64,000 nucleotides of DNA. Origin: a virus. Below the pieces are notes generated by a model. That model had not been told where the DNA came from. It ran no database searches and saw only the letters and a list, made by a program, of their open reading frames with translations. Every line of letters begins with the position of its first letter. Positions within the stretch are counted from its first letter, which is position 1. The translations under genes were made by a program, and so were the position numbers. The DNA lies in IMG/VR virus record IMGVR_UViG_3300042691_044868, positions 6,965 to 70,964 of that record. One strand, 5' to 3'. Shown in pieces: positions 45,211 through 54,467 of the stretch.

Positions 45211-47330
45211 CGCTCTTCCGTATTCCCAATTTGTCGTCGTCGGTTGCCAGTGCCTGCACTCCATGGGCGGGAAATGTGAACCAGCCACCGAGCATGAAGC
45301 CAGAGGATGCCAAAAAGTGGTCCACCAGTTCGCAGACGGACGGAATGTTCGTCAGCGGATTCGAGGGACGCGCGCCCTCCATGCGGGTAACCAAGGACAA
45401 CCCGCCGGCCAAGATGCATGCGTTCGTGGTTGATTACGACGCCGAGATAACCGACAGCGAGTTTATCGACAGCCTGGCCAACAAGGTCAAGGGCTACAAA
45501 CCCAACTACGCCCACAGGACTCCGAGCGGCGGGGCCCGGGTCATCTGGATGTTTGAGGAACCGGCGCAGATCCCGGTGGGTCTGCTTGAGCCGTTTATCA
45601 AGCGGATGGCGAAGGAACTGGGGATCAAAAAGATATTCCCCGGCCTGGACGAGAACTACCTGCGCCCGGAGCAGTACTACGCGTGGTATGAACCGATCAC
45701 CAAGGTAAGTGACAAGCCAATCCGGTCGGAAACGATCTTCAGCTGGCTTGCCACGACGATTGACTCAGCCTCCAAGTACCGAGGCGAAGGTCCGGTGGAG
45801 ATCCCGATGGACCGGGTTCGCGCACGGGTCGAGGAGATGTTCTCCGGACGGTTGGTTGGAAAGCTTGAGGTCAACTCAAGGACCAACGCATTCTGGTCTC
45901 CAACCTCGGACAACCCTACGTCCTGCGTGGTCACTCCGACCGGCATGGTCAGCTTCTCGCAGGAGAAGAGCTTCTACAGCTGGGCCGACATCCTCGGAGC
46001 CGGCTGGGTAAAGGAGTTTGAGGAAGACCGCCTGGGCGCTCCGCTGTCCAACTATTATTACGACGGCAAGAAGTACTGGCGGCGCGACGGCACGGGTGTG
46101 TGGCGCGATGCCGAGTCAGATACGGCCAAGAAAGACATTGCCAGCATCTACGGACTGTCGCTGGCCCCGATGCAACGGGGTGGACAGTGCGAGGTTGACC
46201 AGACCATGTTCCGCATCCGCGAGACACGGCGGGTTGACGAGGCCGGCCCGATCCTTTTCAACAAGGAGGAGATCGTCCACCTGGGCGGCAAGAACATCCT
46301 GAACGTCTCGCGCGTCAAGGTTCTCGAGCCCCGCTCGGAGCCCTGCACCAAGTGGGGCGACGGGTTCCCGTGGATGGCGCAGTTTCTGGACGGGTTCTTT
46401 GATCCGTCCGATTCGCTCCAGTACTTCCTGGCGTGGCTCCACCACTTCTACACCTCGGCCCGTGCCGGCAAGCAGTCGCAAGGCCAGGCGATCTTTATCG
46501 CCGGTCCGGTGGGCGTGGGTAAGACGCTCCTGGGCACCCAGGTTGTCTCCCGTCTTCTGGGCGGAGGTTGTGACGCATCCGGGCACATCTCGGGCGAAAG
46601 CGAGTTCAACTCGGAGATGTTCGAGGTGGGCGTACTCAACGTCGACGACACGATTGCCTCAACGAGCCACGAGAAGCACCTGCTGTTCTCCAACACGGTC
46701 AAGAAGTTTGTCGCCAACCGGCGGCACCGCTACCGGGCCATGTGGAAGAATCCCTCCACCATCGAGTGGAGCGGGCGGGTGTTTGTCACGCTCAACGACG
46801 ATCCCGATTCGATGCGGGCGGTTCCCTACACCGATGCGAGCATCCTGGACAAGCTGATGCTTTTCAAGGCCTCGTCCCGCGGGGTGAGATTCCCCGCGGC
46901 CAAGGAACTCCAGCGTATCCTGGACGGCGAGCTTCCGGCATTTGCCCGGTGGCTTGTCGACATGGATATTGCCGACGAACTCAAAAGCTCAAGCCGGTTT
47001 GAGGTGAAGTGTTACCACCACCCCGACATCCTTGAGGACACCCGGACCACGCACCCCAACCACGCGTTCTCCGAGCTCCTCGACGAATTTTTGGCGAGCT
47101 TCAAGATGTCCAATCCCAAGGAGATCGTCTGGAAGGGATCGGCCACGCAGCTTCTGACCCAGATGCTCAACGATCCGGGTCTGGAGAAACTCACCCGCCA
47201 CTATGCGGCCACACCCGAAAAGATGGGCCAGCGGCTTGCCAAGCTGATGACCACAAAAAGCATCGAGCGTGTGACCCTGCATGGCAAGGTGACCTGGAAG
47301 ATCCCGATCGAGGCGGAGACGGTTGGCTAG
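45207..47330 (+). CDS. primase-helicase (AEP-like N-terminus plus SF3-like ATPase)
   Basis: VDYD, TPSGGAR; Walker A GPVGVGKT; SEFNS; TLND. ATGA overlap with the polymerase stop. Confidence 0.85.
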   Translation: MTLFRIPNLSSSVASACTPWAGNVNQPPSMKPEDAKKWSTSSQTDGMFVSGFEGRAPSMRVTKDNPPAKMHAFVVDYDAEITDSEFIDSLANKVKGYKPNYAHRTPSGGARVIWMFEEPAQIPVGLLEPFIKRMAKELGIKKIFPGLDENYLRPEQYYAWYEPITKVSDKPIRSETIFSWLATTIDSASKYRGEGPVEIPMDRVRARVEEMFSGRLVGKLEVNSRTNAFWSPTSDNPTSCVVTPTGMVSFSQEKSFYSWADILGAGWVKEFEEDRLGAPLSNYYYDGKKYWRRDGTGVWRDAESDTAKKDIASIYGLSLAPMQRGGQCEVDQTMFRIRETRRVDEAGPILFNKEEIVHLGGKNILNVSRVKVLEPRSEPCTKWGDGFPWMAQFLDGFFDPSDSLQYFLAWLHHFYTSARAGKQSQGQAIFIAGPVGVGKTLLGTQVVSRLLGGGCDASGHISGESEFNSEMFEVGVLNVDDTIASTSHEKHLLFSNTVKKFVANRRHRYRAMWKNPSTIEWSGRVFVTLNDDPDSMRAVPYTDASILDKLMLFKASSRGVRFPAAKELQRILDGELPAFARWLVDMDIADELKSSSRFEVKCYHHPDILEDTRTTHPNHAFSELLDEFLASFKMSNPKEIVWKGSATQLLTQMLNDPGLEKLTRHYAATPEKMGQRLAKLMTTKSIERVTLHGKVTWKIPIEAETVG

Positions 47331-47346
47331 CCTACAAAAAGGTTTT

Positions 47347-47355
47347 TGGTAGCAT
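47347..47355 (+). promoter_or_regulatory. extended -10 element TG-G-TAGCAT, 6 nt from ATG 47362
   Basis: Read directly; same -10 as the promoter at 50614-50641. Confidence 0.5.
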
Positions 47356-47361
47356 CAACAT

Positions 47362-47865
47362 ATGCCCAACGCCTTTTTGGTACCCGTCAAGCCGGGGGAG
47401 GAAGCCTGCTGCTCGTGCGAGAACTCGTTTGATCCGTGCACATGTTGTGAACTGGATTCGACCGACTCGTACTTAGAATACCATGGATCTGATGAGTGCC
47501 CCAACGTAGGACAGCCTTGTCCATCCGGACCAGACCCTAATTCACCATCTTGCTCCGGATTCCGAATAGGACCAGTCAACCTGTACTCCGCGGAATTTTC
47601 CACATTCTGCCTGCGCTCAAAACAGCCCAAGGCGTCCGTATCCATTACGGCGGACAACTTTGGATACGTAACCGGAGAGTCTGGACAGATTGGGTGCCCC
47701 AGCTCCAACACGTGTGTTATTTGCAGTGAAAGCGGAATCCTGACACCGTTTGTGGAAACGGTTTCACCAACCACATCAAGGCTCAAACTAACGGCGTTTG
47801 CGGAGAACGCCCCACACGGCGGACCGTACTCACTTTACGTCACCGCCAACTTTTACCTGGAGTAA
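47362..47865 (+). CDS. Cys-rich hypothetical protein
   Basis: CCSC, CTCC and further Cys residues in 167 aa. Confidence 0.7.
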   Translation: MPNAFLVPVKPGEEACCSCENSFDPCTCCELDSTDSYLEYHGSDECPNVGQPCPSGPDPNSPSCSGFRIGPVNLYSAEFSTFCLRSKQPKASVSITADNFGYVTGESGQIGCPSSNTCVICSESGILTPFVETVSPTTSRLKLTAFAENAPHGGPYSLYVTANFYLE

Positions 47866-47868
47866 CCC

Positions 47869-48156
47869 ATGACCGAACTGGATAAAAAGAAACTGGCGGA
47901 AACCGAAAAGCTCCACGCCGCGATGATGGCCAAAAAGCTGACCGGATCGATGGCAAACTGGGCCAGGTCGGGATTCAAAAAGGTCAGTCCCGAGGCCTAC
48001 CAGAAGCGGATGGAAATCTGTCGCAAGTGCGAGTTCTGGCAGGAAAACGTAAGGCTGGGATACGGCAAGTGCCTGAAATGCGGATGCGGCAAGGGCAAGC
48101 ACTGGCTTCCCCACGAGCAGTGCCCGATCGGCAAGTGGGGCAAAGAAACACCTTGA
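47869..48156 (+). CDS. small zinc-finger-like protein (R..IC..C...C..CGC...CPIGKW)
   Basis: Recurrent phage Cys motif ending CP.GKW. Confidence 0.8.
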   Translation: MTELDKKKLAETEKLHAAMMAKKLTGSMANWARSGFKKVSPEAYQKRMEICRKCEFWQENVRLGYGKCLKCGCGKGKHWLPHEQCPIGKWGKETP

Positions 48157-48182
48157 CGCCTTCCCGTGCCGGCCGGCATATT
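48153..48182 (+). promoter_or_regulatory. promoter TTGACG-N18-CATATT, 9 nt from ATG 48192
   Basis: Read directly. Confidence 0.55.
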
Positions 48183-48191
48183 GGCGGCACG

Positions 48192-48404
48192 ATGAAAAAG
48201 AAACACACCAACGGGCGCATTCATATTGTGTCCGAGAAAGAAATTCCATACGTCGAGCTCAAAGTCGACATGGACAATGAAACCATTGAAATGTTGGCCC
48301 AGGCCGGCTGGATTGAGATCCAGCACGACAAGGATGCCCTGGTCAACTACGCCTTCTCCAAGGCGCTAGAGGAGTATGTCGGTCACGCAAGACAGGCTCG
48401 CTGA
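48192..48404 (+). CDS. hypothetical protein (70 aa)
   Basis: ATG after the promoter; MKKKHTNG... Confidence 0.65.
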   Translation: MKKKHTNGRIHIVSEKEIPYVELKVDMDNETIEMLAQAGWIEIQHDKDALVNYAFSKALEEYVGHARQAR

Positions 48405-49391
48405 ATGTCTGGTATTCTCCGTAGCCGCGCTTCTGGGCGCCGCTATATGCATATTTCTAACCGGATTATTCTGGTCTGCTTACTGCTGGCTACGCAGGCT
48501 CTGGTACCGGCTCTTTTAGCCGAGCAGCAAATCCTCCAGTCGGTTGTCCGGATCAACGCCTTCTTTGTCGACAAACAGGAAAGCAAGCGGGGAACGGGCA
48601 TCGTCATCGAGCAGGGTGTCATCACCGCGGCCCACATCATCGAGGGTTGCGACCAGATCAACATCCACGCCGGCGACGGGGACGACACGGTCGTCTACGA
48701 CGGGGAACTTTTGTTTTCCGACAAGGTGGCCGACATCGCCCTGATCAGGGTCAAAAACGACTTCAACGCGGAAATCAAACTGACCCCCGCGGTCCTCAAC
48801 ACCAACTTTCCCGTCCAACCGGGCACCGAGGTGTACGCCATCGGCAATCCTTTGGGATTTACCAGGACGATCTCCAAGGGCATTGTCAGCGCGAGTGGAA
48901 CCCGCAGGGGCGAACGTTACCTGCTTACCGATGCTTTGACCCGCAAGGGCAACTCCGGAGGCCCACTAGTCAACCACAAAGGGGAAGTCATCGCGATGGT
49001 GCTGGGAGGCCTGGACACGGCTCCCCAGGGCCAGTTACCGGCCAAGGACAACGCTCCTGAGTTCACCTACACGATTGCAGCGGCCGACATCCATGAGTTC
49101 CTGGAATCAAAGGATATAGTCCAAAAGGGATACCTGGGAGTGGTGGGCAAGACCGTACGGATGAGCCATGGGATGGCTTTGACTGACGAAGCCCTGGAGG
49201 TGACCAAGGTGGTCTCCCCCTGTGGGCTTATGGTAGGGGACATCATAGTCAGCCTGGAAGACTCCCAGATTGCCACGCAAAGGGACCTAATACGGGCTGT
49301 ACGACGTCTTTCCCCTGGAACCAAGGTCACGGCCTTCATCATACGTAATGGCTCGTTTATGCGCCAATCTGTGGATATTACCAGCCGATAA
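48405..49391 (+). CDS. HtrA/DegP-like trypsin serine protease with PDZ domain
   Basis: TAAH, DIAL, AIGNPLG, GIVS, GNSGGPL; PDZ GYLGV...GL.VGDII; signal peptide from ATG 48447. Confidence 0.9.
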   Translation: MSGILRSRASGRRYMHISNRIILVCLLLATQALVPALLAEQQILQSVVRINAFFVDKQESKRGTGIVIEQGVITAAHIIEGCDQINIHAGDGDDTVVYDGELLFSDKVADIALIRVKNDFNAEIKLTPAVLNTNFPVQPGTEVYAIGNPLGFTRTISKGIVSASGTRRGERYLLTDALTRKGNSGGPLVNHKGEVIAMVLGGLDTAPQGQLPAKDNAPEFTYTIAAADIHEFLESKDIVQKGYLGVVGKTVRMSHGMALTDEALEVTKVVSPCGLMVGDIIVSLEDSQIATQRDLIRAVRRLSPGTKVTAFIIRNGSFMRQSVDITSR

Positions 49392-49425
49392 CCCCTGGAA
49401 ACATTGAGTCTTAGACCCCCCACCC

Positions 49426-49792
49426 AATGGTGGTTTTGTAAGTAGTTATAGATTCGAGGGTTGTAGATTCTAGGGTTGGGGGGTGGGGGGTGGGGGGTAC
49501 ATTTTGAACTTCGTTGCCGTGCGGCTGTTGCGATTTTGCGTGTTTTTTATTTGCGCGTGGGGTAACGAGTTGAAATACCCCCACCCACCCCCACCCCTCC
49601 CACCCCCCTCTCTTATTATATATTATATATATTTAAAAATAAAAGAGATACAGAAGTGGGACCCCTTGCTTAGGGGGGTGGGGGGTGCATCAATTTGGGT
49701 GGGGGTATACCCCCACCCTGCGACAGATTTGAGTACCCATTTGGGGGTATACTACCCACTAGTAAGTAGACTTTGTAGAGACTACCACCATT
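49426..49792. other. non-coding origin-like region: G/C tracts, AT-rich core, 22-bp palindrome
   Basis: (TGGGGGG)3 at 49477-49497; C-tracts 49578-49608; AT run 49613-49650; gggtgggggtatacccccaccc at 49697-49718. Confidence 0.6.
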
Positions 49793-49825
49793 TATAGCTA
49801 AGCAAATAATAACCTAGTTGTATAC

Positions 49826-49908
49826 TGGGAAGGGCTGGACTCGAACCAGCGAAGGCGTAAGCCAAGAGATTTACAGTCTCCCCCGTTTGACCGCTTCGGT
49901 ACCTTCCC
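49826..49908 (-). tRNA. tRNA-Tyr(GUA), CCA not encoded
   Basis: GGGAAGG/CCTTCCC acceptor stem, anticodon loop CTGTAAA, long variable arm, GGTTCGAGTCC T-arm. Confidence 0.93.
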
Positions 49909-49917
49909 GAGCCGGTA

Positions 49918-50607
49918 TTAGTAGACTAAGAAAAACGACGGAGCCGACGTCGCGGTAATCGCGGACACGGTGCTGGCAGACAGGCTGCTGGGTAGAGAAG
50001 TGACGCTAGTAATCCCCAAAGAAGAGGTTATGGCATAAGTACCAGCGGGCGCCCCCGAGCTAAGGCTACCTAGTACTCCTTGATTATATACTGCAAAAGA
50101 ACCAGAGTTCGACACCGTTCCCGCTGTATTGACCGCACAAACCAAATACCATCCCCTTTGAATCTCACCGCTGGTGAGCGTTAGAGTCACTGTTTTGGAC
50201 CCCGGGGTGGTTGTAGTGGTATAGCTACTTTCAGCGACAAGGGTTCCGGAAGAGACGCCTTCGCTAACCGAGTACAGTCCGACTAATCCCGCCCCGCCCG
50301 AGCCACTCAAAGCGTTCGAGATGGCGCTAATTGACGAAGCCGAAATGTTCGAAGCAATGAAGTACGGAATCAGGCTCATGTTTCCGTTGGTGAAATTATT
50401 GCTGGCGGGTGCAGAGGTGGGCTGAACCAGAGCCGGATATCGAATACGAGTGGTCCCGCTGGATTCCCGAGGGAACGCGTAGGAGTTGGAGGGATCGATG
50501 TCCTCGATGTTGAGGTCGTTAATAATGCTGTTATTAAAAACCTGTTTGATTTGTGCCGCCAAAACCCGGTCGGGGGTTGCTACTGAAATTGCAAAATCGT
50601 CAGCCAT
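49918..50607 (-). CDS. Ser/Thr-rich virion accessory protein sharing its N-terminal motif with 30573..30887
   Basis: VATPDRVLAAQI versus VATQDKVLAAQI; beta-rich body with VGLY and GWY motifs. Confidence 0.7.
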   Translation of the reverse strand: MADDFAISVATPDRVLAAQIKQVFNNSIINDLNIEDIDPSNSYAFPRESSGTTRIRYPALVQPTSAPASNNFTNGNMSLIPYFIASNISASSISAISNALSGSGGAGLVGLYSVSEGVSSGTLVAESSYTTTTTPGSKTVTLTLTSGEIQRGWYLVCAVNTAGTVSNSGSFAVYNQGVLGSLSSGAPAGTYAITSSLGITSVTSLPSSLSASTVSAITATSAPSFFLVY

Positions 50608-50613
50608 GGACCT

Positions 50614-50641
50614 ATGCTATTTTGTTTACGGGGAATGTCAA
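50614..50641 (-). promoter_or_regulatory. promoter TTGACA-N16-TAGCAT, 6 nt from ATG 50607 (leaderless geometry)
   Basis: Read directly on the reverse complement. Confidence 0.7.
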
Positions 50642-51357
50642 CTATTTCCAGGGTCTTTTCTTTTTAAGAATTCGCCCATTACATACGCTTTTCCCGCCAT
50701 GGTGTTTGGCGGTCCGGTAAAGTGATACAGATACTTGGCTGGGTCGTAAGGCATGATCGCCGCCTGTAGCTGGGTGACCGGTGTGATGTCATGACATTTG
50801 GAAAAATCAAAGTCCACCCGTCGGCTGACGGCATAGTTAAACGAGGACTGTTCCAGCCGAGCGTCCACCCCCATGCTCGACCCCCATTGGACCCATCGAT
50901 GCCATAGCCCTCGAATCTCTTCCAGAAAGCCAATGTCCTTAAAACAAAAAGTCCCGGCATTCATGCCAAAGACCTTTTCCATTTTCAGCTTGTCCTCCCG
51001 CGGGGCCTTGTCGTAGGCGTACCAGCGGTCGATCATTTCCCGGCCCTCGAATACCACCGAGAATTCCTTGTCCGGATGAATCAATGATTTTGGATTGCCA
51101 AAGCAGAACACGTCGGAGTCCAGGTAAACATACTGGTCATAGCCCTTTGGGACCATCTCCGAGGATTTGAGGAAGCCAGGGTAACCTTTGGGCAACGGGG
51201 CCACGACGATGTTGTGTTTGAACTTGCCAGTGATTGTCTTGGTCGCCACTACACAAAAGTCGGTATCCGAGTCCAGGGTCATGCTGTCGTAAAGCATGTT
51301 GATGCAACTGTCCGCCCCGGGCGAGAAGTCCGATACCGTGTAAACCAGAGTCTTCAA
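50638..51357 (-). CDS. GT-A fold glycosyltransferase (GT8-like)
   Basis: YVYLDSD (DxD), NAGTF, EQSSFN, HFTG. Confidence 0.8.
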   Translation of the reverse strand: MKTLVYTVSDFSPGADSCINMLYDSMTLDSDTDFCVVATKTITGKFKHNIVVAPLPKGYPGFLKSSEMVPKGYDQYVYLDSDVFCFGNPKSLIHPDKEFSVVFEGREMIDRWYAYDKAPREDKLKMEKVFGMNAGTFCFKDIGFLEEIRGLWHRWVQWGSSMGVDARLEQSSFNYAVSRRVDFDFSKCHDITPVTQLQAAIMPYDPAKYLYHFTGPPNTMAGKAYVMGEFLKRKDPGNS

Positions 51358-51364
51358 GCCGCCG

Positions 51365-51407
51365 ACTATAAATTTTCCTTGCCAGGGGTCAATTGAATTG
51401 AGACACT
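51365..51407. promoter_or_regulatory. interlocked divergent promoters
   Basis: Minus strand TTGACC-N16-TATAGT-N7-TTG(51357); plus strand TTGCCA-N17-GACACT-N10-ATG(51418). Confidence 0.7.
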
Positions 51408-51417
51408 GACCCTACGC

Positions 51418-52011
51418 ATGACTTACGCAGCAAACCTTCCCCAGCATCAATACTGCTGGGTCGACAAATCAATCATGAGTAACGGCGAGGTGAAAGGCTG
51501 GGAGGAGGGTGTTTGGTTCGGCCTGCTCTCCACTCCGCACCGCGCATGGGGTTGCTCGGTGATGCTCAAGTGCGGGGCCCTGTACCGCGGGCTCCCACTC
51601 CATGCCCTTTGCCACGACCGTGTGGGTTTTGACGTCAAATGGGAAATCGGTGACGCACAGCGGTGGGACTGTTTCGGCTACAACTTCTCGCCGATCCGTT
51701 ACGACTACCTCCGGGAACTCGATGTCGATGTATGGATCGCCAAGCGGCAGAACTGGGTTTCGGGTCATTATGTTTTTACGGCGGAGCCTTATGAAGACTC
51801 CTACTCTTTGGAGCCTAGTCAAACGAAGTCCCACAACTTTATTGCCCTGGAGAACGGGCGATACACCTGCGTTCCGAACAACAACATCCTTTGGAAAGAA
51901 TCAAGCTTCGTCAAATCGCAAGGCAAACCAAGCTGGCTGCGGGTGCAGTCGGAAAGCTGGCACGCCGAGGAACCCGGGTTTGACAAGGTGGTGACGGAGG
52001 AATCAGCATGA
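51418..52011 (+). CDS. conserved-looking phage hypothetical protein
   Basis: Trp/Cys/His-rich; GA.Y..LP.HAL, WDCF, K..NFI.L.NG....PNN patterns. Confidence 0.8.
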   Translation: MTYAANLPQHQYCWVDKSIMSNGEVKGWEEGVWFGLLSTPHRAWGCSVMLKCGALYRGLPLHALCHDRVGFDVKWEIGDAQRWDCFGYNFSPIRYDYLRELDVDVWIAKRQNWVSGHYVFTAEPYEDSYSLEPSQTKSHNFIALENGRYTCVPNNNILWKESSFVKSQGKPSWLRVQSESWHAEEPGFDKVVTEESA

Positions 52012-52205
52012 GAACGATTGACTTTACCGTGAACATATTCGGCTGGGTATTTTCGCTTTACCTGGACGTTTACCCCGCGGTCCGGCGGGAACACAAGACC
52101 GGATACGGCTCGACCTCCAACTTCGGCAAATGGAAGACCGCTCCGCTCGGAGCCCCGGTCAATCCATACAATGTGACCAAAAAGAAAAGGACCCGCAAAA
52201 AGTGA
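52008..52205 (+). CDS. small basic hypothetical protein
   Basis: ATGA and GTGA overlaps; SD ggagg. Confidence 0.6.
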   Translation: MRTIDFTVNIFGWVFSLYLDVYPAVRREHKTGYGSTSNFGKWKTAPLGAPVNPYNVTKKKRTRKK

Positions 52206-52876
52206 GAAAGATCATGATCGGAACCCCGTGCTACGGCGGGATGGTTACCGCGGAGTACGCCAACTCCCTCGCCGGCTCGGTCCTGTTCTTCCAGGAAAAC
52301 AAACTCGACCTACGCCCGCTTTTGGCGGCAAACCATTCGGTCATCCAGATGGCCCGCAACCTTGTCCTCCACGAAGCATTGAAATATGAGATCGACGACC
52401 TGGTGTGGATCGATGCCGATATCGAGTGGGACCCGACCGACCTGCTCCGGCTCTGCCTGTTTGAGGAGGACGTTGTCGGCGGCACCTACCGCAAGAAAGA
52501 CCCCGACACCACCCACTTCACGGTCGAGATGATCCGGGGCAAGGAAGAGCCAGACTCCCGCGGCCTGATCGAGGTGTCCCGCCTGGGCACCGGATTCCTT
52601 CGCGTGACCCGCAAGGCGCTTTTGGCCGTGGCCAACAGTTGCGTCGAATACGACGACAAGGGCCGGCACATCAAGAACGTCTTTGAGATCGGCATGAAGG
52701 ACGGCCAGTTCCTTTCCGAGGACTACTGGTTTTGCGAGAAGCTGAAAGCCGCCGGCTTCAAGATCATGCTGGACACAAACACCAGCCTGGTTCACCACGG
52801 TGGGTACGGTTTCAAGGGCGAGTTCAAACATTTCCTTTGGTGGCTCAAACAAAATGGTCAAGACAAAGTGGCTTGA
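52202..52876 (+). CDS. GT-A fold glycosyltransferase-like protein
   Basis: IGTPCYGG, ARN, WIDADI (DxD), GTGF, SEDYWFC, H.G. Confidence 0.8.
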   Translation: MRKIMIGTPCYGGMVTAEYANSLAGSVLFFQENKLDLRPLLAANHSVIQMARNLVLHEALKYEIDDLVWIDADIEWDPTDLLRLCLFEEDVVGGTYRKKDPDTTHFTVEMIRGKEEPDSRGLIEVSRLGTGFLRVTRKALLAVANSCVEYDDKGRHIKNVFEIGMKDGQFLSEDYWFCEKLKAAGFKIMLDTNTSLVHHGGYGFKGEFKHFLWWLKQNGQDKVA

Positions 52877-53258
52877 TCTGGCATTAAGGCTCGCCGATGC
52901 CGCCCGTCAATCCAGCACCGACCAGTTCGTCCGGGTCGGCGCAGCGGTTCTTAGAAACGACGGTTCGGTCTGTGGGGTTGGCTACAACGGATATCCGCCC
53001 GGTTTTGATCTCGGATTCAGCGAAGCTACAGATCGTGACTTCCGCCGGGACTTTATGGTACATGCGGAGACCAACGCGCTCGCCTATTCGACTCCCGGTG
53101 AACCGTTTCTCCTCGCCGTAACCTATCCGCCCTGCAAGCGGTGTGTCCTGGAAGCCGCCCGCTACGGCGTCAAATACATTGTCTGCAACCAGGAAGTCAG
53201 CCAGGACGTTTGGAAGTTTGCGTGCCGCCTTGGAATTACGATCGGCTTTGAAAAATAA
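52854..53258 (+). CDS. dCMP deaminase family protein
   Basis: VGA, GYNG, HAETNA, PCKRC. Confidence 0.9.
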   Translation: MVKTKWLDLALRLADAARQSSTDQFVRVGAAVLRNDGSVCGVGYNGYPPGFDLGFSEATDRDFRRDFMVHAETNALAYSTPGEPFLLAVTYPPCKRCVLEAARYGVKYIVCNQEVSQDVWKFACRLGITIGFEK

Positions 53259-53291
53259 ATTTAATTTTTAAAGTGATGTAACGTTACAATT

Positions 53292-53380
53292 GGGGGAAAA
53301 AAGGGTGGGGGGTGGGGGGTATCGGTATAGGGGGTGTCCGAAGCCCACGACCGACCCGTGCGGGAAGGGTGGGGGGTAGG
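53292..53380 (+). repeat. G-tract block with AAGGGTGGGGGGT duplicated
   Basis: Copies at 53301-53313 and 53365-53377; same unit as in the 49.5-kb region. Confidence 0.7.
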
Positions 53381-53405
53381 ACACAACCGAAAGGATAACT
53401 AAACA

Positions 53406-53900
53406 ATGAGCAACGCAACACTAACTAACTTCTCCTTTGTCGAGAAGCAGAGCATCGTAACCCGTGAGCAGGGCGTGTCGGAAAAGACGGGACGCCCCCT
53501 CGCCCGCTTGGAGTATTCCGTGTCGAACGGACTCCTGATGGGCAAGGGTACGCTCGCCCCCGCAACCGCCTTGAAGAAATACCTCAAAGCGAATGGTGGG
53601 GAGGAGCAAGCGAAGGGTAAGGCCTTCGAGGGTGTGAAGGTACAGCAGCAGCAAACCTTCAACCGATTCACCGATCGGATGATGAACAAGGCGAAGGAGG
53701 ATCTTGCCCAAGGTAAGATGCAAGCCCACACCTGCCTCGCCCAGATGGAAGGGGACACCGTCACGGGGTATGTCTTCAAGGTGAAAGTGGCGGGTAAGGC
53801 CTTGAAGCGGGCGAAGTTCGCGGAGGCGTTGACCACCGCGGGCATCGAAGGCCAGCGGTTCGACGACCTGATGGCCGCCTACGATAAGGGACAGGCCTAA
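53406..53900 (+). CDS. basic hypothetical protein, first gene of the early-type region
   Basis: SD aaagga; followed by a terminator. Confidence 0.75.
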   Translation: MSNATLTNFSFVEKQSIVTREQGVSEKTGRPLARLEYSVSNGLLMGKGTLAPATALKKYLKANGGEEQAKGKAFEGVKVQQQQTFNRFTDRMMNKAKEDLAQGKMQAHTCLAQMEGDTVTGYVFKVKVAGKALKRAKFAEALTTAGIEGQRFDDLMAAYDKGQA

Positions 53901-53907
53901 CCTACTG

Positions 53908-53946
53908 GAGGGGGCGGGGGTTCACACCCCCCGCCCCTTCTTTTTT
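53908..53946 (+). terminator. intrinsic terminator between convergent genes
   Basis: gagggggcggggg / cccccgccccttc stem followed by TTTTTT. Confidence 0.8.
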
Positions 53947-53966
53947 AACCCATAGAATCCATGAAT

Positions 53967-54461
53967 CTAAGAATCCTTGGCTATCTCGATCACGCGCGCG
54001 TTTTCACTATCATCCCGCGCTTGGCTCATCGGGGAATCAGTGCGAAGGACGGCAAGGTTAACGACTGTCTTGCCATTGCTTCCTTGATTCTGCGAAGCCA
54101 GTCCCAATGCGGGTCGAGCCACGCGGTCAAGCTTCTCGAGAACCTCGACATGTTCACGCACTTCTTTGCGGCTTCCAGGCATCTCGGCTTCGAGGACATC
54201 CAAGCTATGATCGACTTGATTGGCGATCCTGTTCAGATATCGGGCCTGTCGATCGACCTGATCCTGTACCACGGCTTGAGTGTTCGCACGTACAATCTTG
54301 TCAGTAACTTCGTCCCTTTTCTTTACCCAACCGTGCCTTTTGATTCGAGCGTCCAAAGTGTTCTTACTCAGGCAATACGTCGATGCAATGAAGCTACGAC
54401 TCTTCCCTGCAATGAAGTCCTTCTCAATCGCTTTCCAGTCCAACATCAAAGACTTACCCAT
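53967..54461 (-). CDS. putative terminase small subunit (N-terminal HTH)
   Basis: DW.AIE.DF.AG.S...IA..Y.LS..TL..RIKR.GW HTH, helical middle, V.NL C-terminal strand. Confidence 0.65.
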   Translation of the reverse strand: MGKSLMLDWKAIEKDFIAGKSRSFIASTYCLSKNTLDARIKRHGWVKKRDEVTDKIVRANTQAVVQDQVDRQARYLNRIANQVDHSLDVLEAEMPGSRKEVREHVEVLEKLDRVARPALGLASQNQGSNGKTVVNLAVLRTDSPMSQARDDSENARVIEIAKDS

Positions 54462-54467
54462 AGCCGT

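Noticed and set aside
49483-49797. 104-aa ORF in the G-rich region
   Set aside because: Low-complexity translation of G/C tracts with no RBS; the region looks non-coding.
49826-49908. tRNA-Tyr as an attachment site or prophage boundary
   Set aside because: No integrase or duplicated tRNA end in the window; phage genes on both sides.
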